A stretch of 45,100 nucleotides of DNA, taken from contig NC_068985.1 of assembly GCF_001194135.2 (NCBI RefSeq), forward strand, positions 123,678,645 to 123,723,744, read 5' to 3'. Numbering within the stretch: position 1 is the first letter of the stretch; each line of letters opens with the position of its first letter. Under the pieces are notes generated by a model. It did not search any database. It had not been told where the DNA came from and saw only the letters and a list, made by a program, of their open reading frames with translations. Positions 1 to 10,505 of this stretch are shown piece by piece. A program made the translations under genes and the position numbers. Source of the stretch: Octopus bimaculoides (Eukaryota).

Positions 1-100
1 ACTTTTATAAAACAAAATTTTACAAAATATATAATATCTGTTAACAGTGTTAGCAAAAAGCTCACAGGTGAAATTTTCTAAAAACATATATATATATATA

Positions 101-1002
101 TACAAAGAGACAGCCAAAAGTAAACAGAAACATTCTCTGTGGGACAAGCCTGTTGTAGTTGAGGATTCCACTGCTAGAAGCCACTTGATGCAAACTTCGT
201 ACATCAATCTGCTGACTGGCATTGTCAAATGGTGTCGTACTGCCACATATTGCCTTTTTGTTTAGCAGTGCTTCTCCCTAGGCATCGATTTTTGCAATGA
301 CTGAAAGGAAGGAACACTGTAAGTCGTTGAAATTCTGTTTTCTGCTGGTGAAAATGGTGGCCGAAACAGTTGTCCTGCTTCAAACAGCGTTCAAGGATGC
401 TGCCATGAGCAAAACACAAGTTTACGAGTGGTGTTCATGCTTTAGAAATGGCGACTTGTTGCTTGAAGATCAACCTTGTTCAGGGCAACCGTCAACCTCT
501 CGAACAAATGAAGACATCATGAAAATTCATGAACTGATCTTGGAGGACTGTCACTGAACAATTGACAAACTTGATGATATGATTGGTGTTTCCTGTTGCC
601 CCTGCCAACCAATTTTGAGCAAGGAATTGCAAATGAAAAGAGTTGCAGCAAAATTTGTGCCTCGCTTACTCATGGAAAATCAAAAGTAGTTAGGACTGAA
701 TGTATGGCGTGAACTGAAGGAATAGCTGGAAGTCGATCCAGACCTTTCTTTGAAGGTCGTCACTGGTGACAAAAGCTGGTGCTACAGAATTTGCAGATGT
801 AGAAGAGGTGAAGAAAAAAAAAAACGATGGAAGCATCACTTCACTGAAGTTCCAGCACTGCTTCAAACATTGGAAAACGCATCTGGACCGATGCATTGCT
901 TCAAATGGAGAATACTTTGAACGCAATAAAGTGTAAATATGTAAAACTAAGTGAGTAAAATAATATTGCAAAATCCTGGTTTCTTTTGAGTAACCCCTCA
1001 TA
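101..1002 (+). mobile_element. Decayed, internally deleted Tc1/mariner (mariner-type) DNA transposon with both TIRs
   Basis: ORF 297-557 (KFCFLLVKMVAETVVLLQTAFKDAAMSKTQVYEW...SGQPSTSRT) is a mariner HTH N-terminus. It continues out of frame as KRVAAKFVPRLLT...VVTGDKSWCY, then jumps to C-terminal WKTHLDRCIASNGEYFE. The 29-nt termini 101-129 and 974-1002 are inverted repeats (18/29 identical by hand alignment) in TA context. Confidence 0.9.
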
Positions 1003-1232
1003 TATATGTAGTTTTCCTATGAATTGAATGATTGAGTAAAGATTCCACACGAGCGTATAATTTCTCTTTATGAAGGTATACTTTCAGTAAACAAAACCGG
1101 TGACCCAGTTTTAAGTATCAATTTCAATAGCTTCCCCCAGAATAATAATTTTGGGGTGGAAAAGAATGACATTACAATTTCTCATTTTATCTTTCCTTTA
1201 TAAATTTAAGGTTTCATTTTTTAAAATTAGAA

Positions 1233-1284
1233 ATCCAACTAAAATCTAGCTAAAGCAATTACTTTTACTGGATTTTAGTTGGAT
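1233..1284. other. 52-nt near-perfect stem-loop
   Basis: ATCCAACTAAAATCTAG pairs with CTGGATTTTAGTTGGAT (16/17 Watson-Crick), with an inner AAAG/CTTT extension. Confidence 0.7.
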
Positions 1285-1612
1285 GGCTGGAAAAGACTCA
1301 CTTATTCGCCTACTTGATTGTTGGTTCTTAGATTGTAATGCATAAAAATGACTTTAAAGAGTTTATTTTAATATTCTGTAATACGTTTTCTATAAAAATA
1401 AATAAAAGTAAAAATTCACACCATTTCTATAACAACACAGTACTCATCATAATCAATCAATCAATCATCATCATCATTGATTTTACTTCTTTCTTTTTCT
1501 ACATTGATGTCAAATGTGTCATGAAATTTCACCTGAGGTTGTTCGTTCAATGAATTGTAACAATACCAGCAATATAAAGGGAATTACTTGCAATTGGTGT
1601 GCGTACTTTTAC

Positions 1613-1681
1613 CTTCTCATTTCACTGCAAAATACTTGTTCTGGCAAAGGTTGGTGACAAGCGCAAAATTTGAACATATGA
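1613..1681 (-). CDS. Candidate 69-nt internal exon encoding HMFKFCACHQPLPEQVFCSEMR (TIMP-like Cys spacing)
   Basis: Acceptor TTTGTTTTTAG| and donor AAG|GTAAAA, with the phase 2-2 frame open. C-x-C-x4-P-x-Q-x-F-C matches TIMP N-terminal spacing. No other exons were found. Confidence 0.25.
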
Positions 1682-2341
1682 CTAAAAACAAAGTTGGTTC
1701 ACTCGTTTTTAAAAAGTGATTTGGAAGACAGTAGTCTTTAACGAAGCTCTCGGAAGTAGATAAGGAGTAGAATGGGTAAGAGGAAGATAAAAAAGAAGAC
1801 GATTTAAAAGAAAATAACAAACGAAAACTGACAGACTGACTGATGGACTGAGAAACATTTTCATGTCAAGATTCAGAAATTACTCTGCTTACAATATTGT
1901 TTTCATGTTTTCCTTTTTTCCTGTTTGATTTGTTTGGAGAGAAGAGATATATCTGTTCTGATGTTTCAAAAGTAAACGTAATGCCTTCGAGGTCAGATGT
2001 AGTTTATATGCTTCCATGCTGTGAGATTTTGTGAATGGTCCAAAAATTTCTCTACATCAATCCGGAAGCTGTGTTGCTTTCTAATGATGCGGTTGTTTGT
2101 GTTCACTGCAAGTGTTTTTGATTTTTGAAGATAAATTATAGTGTTTAAAGATCTAAATTTAGATACCTTTTGGCATTGAGTGGTTCAATTAAAGTAGGTC
2201 TTACATATATATATATATTTATATATANNNNNNNNNNNNNNNNNNNNNNNNNNNNNNNNNNNNNNNNNNNNNNNNNNNNNNNNNNNNNNNNNNNNNNNNN
2301 NNNNNNNNNNNNNNNNNNNNNNNNNNNNNNNNNNNNNNNNN

Positions 2342-2391
<50 letters not shown>

Positions 2392-2402
2392 GTCTTTTAT
2401 CA

Positions 2403-3425
2403 TTTATCTTTAACTGATTTCAGCCAGAGGCTGAGGCCATGCTGAGCACTGCCTTTCAGTGTGCTTGGGCTTCTTTTCTGCATTTTTGTACTGTTCCTGG
2501 TGAAGTAGTGCACTGGATGGAGCTGCTCTTCTTTGAATCTCCTGCCATGATATGGGCTTGTCTGGTATCTCAGATAAAAGTTTGCTCAGACATACTTTGA
2601 AAATCTCCATATCTACACCTCACAAATCCCTGAGGTTTGTGGCTGAATGTTGAATAGTTGTGAACCCTTGAGTCTCAAACTGCTTCAAGCAATCCTTATA
2701 CTAGATGGAGAAGATGGGATCTTTGGTACTATGCAATGTTGTCCAGTTCAGTGGCTTGTATGACTTTCAAAGTTGGGAGTTAGACCTTCCAGCATCTTCC
2801 ATGTGTATATCACTACATATCTTTCATGACTTCTCTCCAGGGAGCAGAGCTCCGGTTCTTTTAGCCTCTCCCAGTAGCTCATCTGTTTCACTGAGTCAAA
2901 CTTTTTGTGCAGTGGCACTGGATTGCTTCAAGTTCCACCACCACTCTGCTGTGACCACAGTTGGGAGCAGTAATCCAGACGACTGCGAATGAAAGTTCTC
3001 CATAAGTGTAGCATGATATCCCTTTTCCTGGTTCTGAATGATCTTAAAATCCATCCAGCAATGTGTCTGCACAGTGTTACCATCTTGGTAAAATGCTCAT
3101 GGAATGTTGTGTCATTATTCATGTGGATTCCCAGGTCAAGCACTGACTCACACTCTGGGATTGCACTACCCATCTGGTCCTATGTATTCTGATTGTAGTC
3201 TGTTTGTGGACTGATGGTAGAGTGCTTGAAACTTTTGAGCATTGAACTGCATGTGATTTTCACCAGTCCATTTGTAGATTGCATATAGGTCGTTTACCTG
3301 TTTTTGTATGACATCAGAGTTCTTGACTACCCGGGATACTTTCGTGTCATCAACAGAGCTGATGAGAGTGGCTGACTGTATGGCTGAGAGTGGTCGTAGT
3401 ACAGTTCCTTGAGGGACTCTGCTGC
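2403..3425 (-). mobile_element. 5'-truncated, decayed CR1/L2-like non-LTR retrotransposon (RT C-terminal half and 3' end)
   Basis: Minus-strand fragments VPQGTVLRPL, SVDDTKV, YKWTGENHMQFNAQKF, DLGIHMNNDTTFHEH, FIRSRLDYCSQLWS and C-terminal SAWPQPLAEIS. Several frameshifts are present. Confidence 0.85.
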
Positions 3426-3429
3426 AAAA

Positions 3430-3850
3430 ACATACATACATATAAACACACACACACATGCATGCACACACGCACATACATACATATACGTGTGTATGTA
3501 TTTATGTTTGTAATTTGTGCGTGTATGTATATATACAAATACGTACATACATTCAAGCACACACACGCACACACACACACACACATATAAATACGTATAT
3601 ACATATAAATACACACATATGTATATATACATATACGAATTTATATACAAATATATACATATATAAAGCTGTACAAACATATAATATATTCATTTTTATA
3701 CACATATTCGGAGATATACAAATACATACATATCACACGTATATACATGTGAATTACATACATATATACATAAATATATATGTATGCATATACATACATG
3801 CATACATACATATGTATGTGTATATAGATATCTCTATATATGTAAATATA
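3430..3850. repeat. Degenerate (CA)n/(TA)n/(CATA)n low-complexity tract
   Basis: Direct reading. It produces the spurious H/T/Y/I and C/V/M/Y ORFs. Confidence 0.9.
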
Positions 3851-4002
3851 AGATTCAGGGATCGAGGTGTAGGAAGAGAGTTAGCTTCAAGCAATCCGTA
3901 GTAAATATAAAAAAAAAAAACTTTCAGGGACAATTGTGGTTTATTGACACGGACGGTTGTGGATATTTTTGCATTTCATTGTAGGCGACCAGGGTTGCCG
4001 GG

Positions 4003-4340
4003 TATACGAATAAGAATACAAGAATTAAGGAATGAAGTCGATAAGATCTAGGTTACATGTTTCATAGCGAGTAGAACCTTGGAAGTGGTAAATATCCAAG
4101 CGAGATGTGTATCGCAAGCTACTATTCAGGCCAAGGATATCTTGATTAAATGAAAGTTAACATTGTCGCAAGGAGGTACATGTTAACACATGGAAGATCT
4201 ATTTAATCAAGATATCCTTGTTCCTGAAGTGTAGCCTGCGGTATGCACCTCGCTTGGGTACTTACTATTTCTGACTTTTTCTGCTCGCTATGAAACATAT
4301 GTAACCCGGATCTTATTGACTCCGATCCTTAACTCATGTA
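4003..4340. mobile_element. Foldback MITE-like element, copy 1
   Basis: Arms 4017-4152 and 4201-4340 are imperfect inverted repeats (e.g. GTTACATGTTTCATAGCGAG vs CTCGCTATGAAACATATGTAAC; AAGGATATCTTGATTAAAT vs ATTTAATCAAGATATCCTT). A homologous copy lies at 33131-33367. Confidence 0.8.
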
Positions 4341-4438
4341 TGTATATATATGTGCGTGTGTGTGTGGAGAAAACGTAATTAAAAATCAGGTTCTGTAGTG
4401 GTTTCCACACTCCATTCCATTATCCAGTGAAGTGCGCC

Positions 4439-4516
4439 AGTTGTAGAAACATTAGACGACCAGTGTTGCGACATTTTTCGAGGTGAAGTGCAAGACTAAG
4501 TATTGTTTCTACAACT
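4439..4516. repeat. Small inverted repeat (13-bp arms, about 50-nt spacer)
   Basis: AGTTGTAGAAACA (4439-4451) and TGTTTCTACAACT (4504-4516) are exact reverse complements. Confidence 0.55.
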
Positions 4517-4819
4517 CTTATGGAATTATTACGGCATTTTCATGAAAGTCTGTATGTTCTATAAAGTATCTATAAAGTATCATATCTGTTTTCTGTATAC
4601 TATTATGCATACATACCCCCTTACAAACACATATATAGAAGGATAATTTCTTATATATATATATACATATATATANNNNNNNNNNNNNNNNNNNNNNNNN
4701 NNNNNNNNNNNNNNNNNNNNNNNNNNNNNNNNNNNNNNNNNNNNNNNNNNNNNNNNNNNNNNNNNNNNNNNNNNNNNNNNNNNNNNNNNNNNNNNNNNNN
4801 NNNNNNATTTATGGATAGA

Positions 4820-4868
4820 GTCTTACAGCTGTTTTGGGGAAGATCCAGTACTTCCCTTCATCAGAGAC
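4820..4868 (-). ncRNA. Degenerate minimal type I hammerhead ribozyme, probably from a Penelope-like pseudo-LTR
   Basis: Minus strand reads GTCT-CTGATGA-A-GGGAAG-tactggat-CTTCCC-C-AAAAC-AGCT-GTA-AGAC. This gives the CUGAUGA core, a 6-bp stem II, palindromic AC-AGCT-GT stem III, a GUA site and stem I GTCT/AGAC. The GAAA core reads AAAA. Confidence 0.55.
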
Positions 4869-5739
4869 AGAAAAAAATATAGTAATCTATTATTATATCC
4901 AGTCTGAAGTGGTAAAGAGTGAGATGTACTGAAAAAAGAGAGAACCGTGCTTGAAGAGTAGTTTCATTCCAGTGGTAAGTATCCGTGTAGAAATTCGTAT
5001 AAGTTTATCCTTGTGTGGATAGTCCGGAAAATTATGTTAGAACAATATATGCGTATAAATTACGATTAAACCGGATGAAATATGTCACAGGGAATAACAC
5101 ACTTAACACCGGCAGAAATTTATTGTTTACGAAAGAGCACTGACTGTATTCAACTGAATAGACGCCAGTGATTGGTTGAAATTACAGAAATACGACAACT
5201 TTAACATGAAATAACTTGCGATGTACAATTTTTTGTTAAGAAGGCTAAGAGAAAAAGTTGTTTTGTATGACACATTCTACCAGTGTTCCAAGTTTGAAAG
5301 TGTTTCGTCAAGAAAACAAGTGTTGGCCGTCAACTCACAAAGATCCTGGATATGCATGTAGACATTCGTGTGTATTTATAAACTTGGACGTCCACAATCA
5401 TTTTCACACAAGATTAAGTAATTAATCAATCTACGATGAACGCAGCTCATTTCAAAGATACCAGGGCTAATACAAGGGAGACAGCAATTAGGATTTTCCT
5501 ATAAATTACCTCCCATGATTTGCATATTCATTTATTCTAAAATCCCATACAGTCTCATGTAACTTCATGTACTCTCAACCAAGAAGGAGACAAGTACGAA
5601 CGTTCCCATGTGACAGGCTTGATAATTGTCGTGAAATTTATTTCTACATGAAACCATCGGTAACCTTGTTAACCCGCAAATAAAGAATATTTATACACCA
5701 ATGTGGTGTTCAGTAATCATTCTCATTGTTCGACATGCA

Positions 5740-5763
5740 TATATACATACATACATGCATACA

Positions 5764-5849
<86 letters not shown>

Positions 5850-5945
5850 TATGTACACATGCATACACTCCCCACACGTGCATACACACATACATATACA
5901 CTCACATGCGTATATATATGCACGCATACGCACACACATAGACAC
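5740..5945. repeat. Compound (CATA)n-(TA)n-(CA)n microsatellite
   Basis: Direct reading. Confidence 0.95.
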
Positions 5946-6717
5946 CTGATATTGTGAGAGCATATAACAAGTTGAGAGAATCAATATCTCTGGCAGTGTC
6001 TGGTATATATTTTTTTATACCGTATAACCGAGATACTTATGTTTCAATCATAAACAGTTATTTGCACTCTATGAAATCTCTAGAAAATCTCATGTCACTA
6101 TTTTATTAAGTACAACGAATAAGGTCACTTGTGAAAAATCACGAAAGCACACGTGAGAAAGGTGTGAAAAGTTGTCTGAAAATCAGTTTCAACAACCAAA
6201 TACACATACATACACGCACACACATTCCCCTACTGACACATACGCGCACACATATACATCTACACACACATACACCTACATACATATACACGCACACACA
6301 TATACCTACACATTTATACACTCATCCTATCCCTTTCTCCTTCAGACATACGTACACATGTTGGCGTACATCATACTAGAATGGAAAATCTGTCTCATGT
6401 TTCAACATATTAGCAAAAACACTGTATCGGAGAAATGTTTCCTCTTCATTACAAATTGTATATATATATTTAAAATAACTTTTAGTTCATTACTAGCCCG
6501 TGGAACACCGAAAAACCTAAAAGAATATCGATTATTGTATCAACACAAAAACGTAATTTTCCTTCATTCATGAAATGGAGACAATTTCTGACATTAACAC
6601 ATATACTTACTTTACGCAACGACATACGTTCAGATATTTCTACATTGAAAGCGAGAAATCACATTATTTTAATCCACAATCCGTCTTTGAGACAGAACAT
6701 GCAGGTACGCACGCAGC

Positions 6718-6758
<41 letters not shown>

Positions 6759-7584
6759 TACATACATACATAAGCACATATATAACTGAAAATGATTTTG
6801 ATGGGTAAAAAGTGTTTTTATGGGCTATTATTTTAATGTTTGCCATTGTCATACGCCCACTAAACTCGATAACATGCAAAAAGAAATTTTCCTTAGGAAA
6901 ATGTATATGCAATGACAATTTCTTGCAACAAACTCACTTTCTACATCTCCAAAGGCGTGATGCTGGTTATCACTAAGTTTTAAATCAACAACACAAGCAG
7001 GCCAAATTCATGTTTTTCGATTATTTACTGAGTTAGCTTTCTGCCAATAGTAGTTGGAAAAGCAGAAAGAAACTAACCGCAAAGGATTCAACAACAATAT
7101 GTCCCAGAAGTTATTGTTTTCAGAGCATCACCAGTCGCACTACTAAGTTGCAGCTTCGTGTATAACCAAATAAATCGCTCCTCCCTTAATACCAGAAGAT
7201 GACAACTAGGGGTTACTTCTTTTGGCCACAAACAACAGTACCACCTCTGTCCTCTTACGACAATGAGAACACAGAGAATTACCAGGAGCAGCAGAATTAC
7301 ACAGAGAATTACCAGGAATGGAGAAAATCGGCACCCCTTACAAAAATCAAGAGGAATTCAGACAAAAAGTGAGCGGATCGTGTGAAAGGGACCCATTTTC
7401 TCTTGAGCATTTATGCAAGAGGACTTAGGAAAAGATCAAATATGGATTTGCGATTTGTGGATTTCGACCGAAATGGCGCATGCCTATAACAGATTGTTGC
7501 TGAAAACCAAACCTAAAATGGCTATTAACTGTTATATTTCAATCATCAAAAGGTGGGTCTTTTCTACCCCGCTGCGACATCTGG

Positions 7585-7740
7585 GTTGTCTGCAATCATA
7601 CTGGGGCACTGCTTTGAAAGGTTTTAGTCGAACAAATCGACCCTTGGGCTTATTTTTGCCGAACTGATAAACTAAAAGGTCGTAGACACACCACCATCGG
7701 TTGTCAAGTGGAGGTGGTGGACAAACACAGACATAGAGAC
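7585..7740 (-). mobile_element. 3' portion of an abundant tRNA-derived SINE (CORE/OR-like family)
   Basis: CATACTGGGGCACTGC...TTAGTCGAACAAATCGACCC...CACCATCGGTTGTCAAG. It matches 15115-15290 in the opposite orientation and the tail at 32090-32150. Confidence 0.7.
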
Positions 7741-7976
7741 ATACATACATACATACATACATACATACATACAGAGTTTTCCTATATTCACCGCCCGCAC
7801 TCATCTCTGCTTGTAAATATTCAGTGAAGCTCTACATAGCGCCGTAAACTTACCGGCTGCTATTTCTAGCAATGATCGTACTTCGTGTACACCTGCTTTA
7901 TATATTTATAATTCTACTTATATGGTGCTTTATTCTTGCTGGATATTAATATTGTTTTAATATTATTTATATTTTC

Positions 7977-8032
<56 letters not shown>

Positions 8033-8034
<2 letters not shown>

Positions 8035-8130
8035 AGGCGCAATGGCCCAATAGTTAGGGCAGTGGACTCGCGGTCGGAGGATCGCGGTTTCGATTCCCAG
8101 GCCTGGCGTTGTGTGTGTTTACTGAGCGTA
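8033..8130 (+). mobile_element. tRNA-derived SINE 5' head (tRNA-Arg-like, A and B boxes)
   Basis: GGAGGCGCAATGGCCCAATAGTTAGG (A box)...GGTTTCGATTCCC (B box), following a (TG)n tract. Confidence 0.75.
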
Positions 8131-8149
8131 TATATATATGTATATATAT

Positions 8150-8307
8150 ATATACGACGGGCTCCTTTCAGTTTCCGTCTACCAAATCCACACACAAGGC
8201 TTTGGTCGACCCGAGGCTACAGTAGAAAACACTTGCCCAAGGTGCCACGCAATGAGACTGAACCCAGAACCATGTGATTAAGAGGCAAGCGTCTAATCAC
8301 ACTACTG
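8150..8307 (-). mobile_element. tRNA-derived CORE-type SINE 5' half
   Basis: Minus strand has A-box-like GTGTGATTAG, B-box-like GGTTCAGTC and CORE-like GCACCTTGGGCAAGTGTTTTCTAC, and ends in (TA)n. Confidence 0.75.
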
Positions 8308-8469
8308 CAAAAATTAATATATCATAATATATTCTATAACATATTTTGACCCAACCCTCGATTTCTTTTTACACAACTTTGTATGTACACCCGCAGTTGC
8401 TTTTACAATCTCCTTGTAACACGTTTTTGTATGACTAGGTCCTAATTGTTGGTGTAGGTACGGAAATGC

Positions 8470-8745
8470 TCAACATATTGACCCAGTAGTTTTGCCTTCT
8501 TCAGTCTGATGGTCAAGCCGAAGATTTGACAGGCTCTGGTAAGATTGTCCATGCCACTTTATCTATAAACAGCGTGCCCTTGATAAGCATTTTGCACACT
8601 CAATTGAGATAGACTGACCAGGTTCTTGTTTGGTCTTGTGTAGAGGTAAATACTGTCAGCACGACAGCAAAAGATATGCCAAATAAGGTGAAGTCGAGCA
8701 CACACAACCTTGTTTCACTCCACTGTGAATTGTTAATTACCGCTT
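8470..8745 (-). mobile_element. RTE (BovB-like) LINE reverse transcriptase fragment
   Basis: Minus-strand SGVKQGC, LDFTLFGISFAVVL and MDNLTRACQIFGLTIRLKKAKLLGQ. The fragment is frameshifted. Confidence 0.8.
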
Positions 8746-8991
8746 CATATAACAGCGGTAGTTCTTTGTGGGCTATGAGTGACAGATTTGGTTCTAGCTG
8801 GTGAAGTGTAACAACGGAGAATTGCGTCTTCTACAGTCCCATCATTCATAATCCGTCTCAGTGTGTTTTTCATACGCATCGTCGATAAAGTGAATTTATC
8901 ATCTAAAATTGTTACAACAACGAAGGAATTTCCGCGCTGAAGTGTATATGAATGTGTTAAATACGCAGCTTTATTCACTGATGAATGTGCC

Positions 8992-8994
<3 letters not shown>

Positions 8995-9089
<95 letters not shown>

Positions 9090-9222
9090 CATTATTATTC
9101 CTTCGTAACAAAGTGTAGTCATCTGTCAAGTCACAACAAGGACCCCAGACAGATAATACTTTCCTTAAGATGTGCACTGTGCCCACTAAGGTTGCTTTTT
9201 GCATTATTATTATTATTGTTGC

Positions 9223-9292
<70 letters not shown>

Positions 9293-9310
9293 GTTGTTGT
9301 TGTTGTTGTC
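8995..9310. repeat. Two long (ATT)n/(ATC)n/(GTT)n trinucleotide tracts
   Basis: Direct reading. The tracts flank the insert at 9100-9204. Confidence 0.95.
9100..9204 (-). mobile_element. Very short 3' fragment of a Dong/R4-like (REL-endonuclease) LINE embedded in (TAA)n
   Basis: Encodes MQKATLVGTVHILRKVLS, similar to IQKIALLGTAHILRKTLS at 44876-45100 and to typical R4/Dong ORF C-termini. Confidence 0.65.
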
Positions 9311-10311
9311 GACATCATTTTTTTCATGAACCTTGAATGGTAGGCAATTATTTTCATCAGTTTACATAACTTCAGTTTCTTTGGCTGATAATTGTTTTGC
9401 CTAAAACCAATTACTGCTGTTTAGTGACTGACCGTAGAATTGATGTTAATCTGAAAGTCAGTCTATAGGCAACTAATTCATTAAGGGGGATCTGAGGAGG
9501 TTTTGTCTGTGTAATTAATTTTCTAATACCGCAAATCCTTCCTTGACAAAAAGATCTTTATGAATATTTCAGTAATTTTCATTATAATAGCAAAAGTTGT
9601 AACTGTGTGGGTTAACAAATTCATTGAAAGCAATGCAAAGTAACTATTATTTATTGATAGATTCTGACGAAAGATCTTAACATCGATTGTTTTCCACAAG
9701 GTATAAGTACAAATTTTGCAGTGGTGGAGTATAGTTAAATAAATAAGCATTAGTATATTACTGGTATTATTTTGTTAATAAAAATGAAGTGCAAAATTAG
9801 CTCCATTGGGATTAACCTAGAAAGCATGCCTATGCAATTTTCACTGATCTAAAAAGATTCTAATTTTAAATATGTTTTAATATAATCAATGCTTATATTA
9901 GAAACTGTGCGAAAAAGCAGATTTTATGGAGAATTATTACTAGTTGATTTCATAAAAGCTTGAATACTAACCAGCTAGGTAAATAGTTTGTATTCGCATC
10001 TCTGGAAAAGAGTCCTCAAACACAATGTTTAGTTGTATGTAGGCAATATAGGGTTACACCCGTCACTTTTGTAAGAAGCAAGAACATTGTAAAATTGATG
10101 AATGTTTTGTTAGCTAGTAGATGTTGAGTTCAAGTGTTCTTATGAACCTGAATACATATGACAGAGAATTGTTCACATCATTATTCTACTTGTTTTTGTT
10201 TTTTCAAATAATTCTGTTACAATTTATAAAAACGTAAATTCAGATTAAATTGGTTTCTTTGTATATTGCACACATTGCAAAAATGTTTTAAACCATTCTT
10301 TGTTGAAGTTT

Positions 10312-10462
10312 GTTTTACGTTCTGAGTTCAAATTCCGCCGAGGTCGACTTTGCCTTTCATCCTTTCGGGTCAATAAATTAAGTACCAGTTGCGTACTGAA
10401 GTCGATCTAATCGACTGGCCCCTGCCCCTAAAATTTCGGGCCTTGTGCCTAGAGTAGAAAAG
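10312..10462 (+). mobile_element. 5'-truncated SINE of the dominant family (tRNA head, MetaSINE-like central domain) with 17-bp TSD
   Basis: TCTGAGTTCAAATTCCGCCGAGGTCGACTTTGCCTTTCATCC...GGCCTTGTGCCTAGAGTAGAAAAG, flanked by the exact direct repeat ATTCTTTGTTGAAGTTT (10295-10311 and 10463-10479). Confidence 0.9.
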
Positions 10463-10505
10463 ATTCTTTGTTGAAGTTTTATAACAATGGTTTCTTTCAA
10501 TAGAA

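Noticed and set aside
1507-1657. Plus-strand Cys-rich frame CQMCHE...CNWC
   Set aside because: It has an upstream stop and no splice support. It shows how easily Cys motifs arise by chance here.
8033-8105. Apparent tRNA gene
   Set aside because: A and B boxes are present, but there is no complete cloverleaf or terminator and it continues into SINE sequence.
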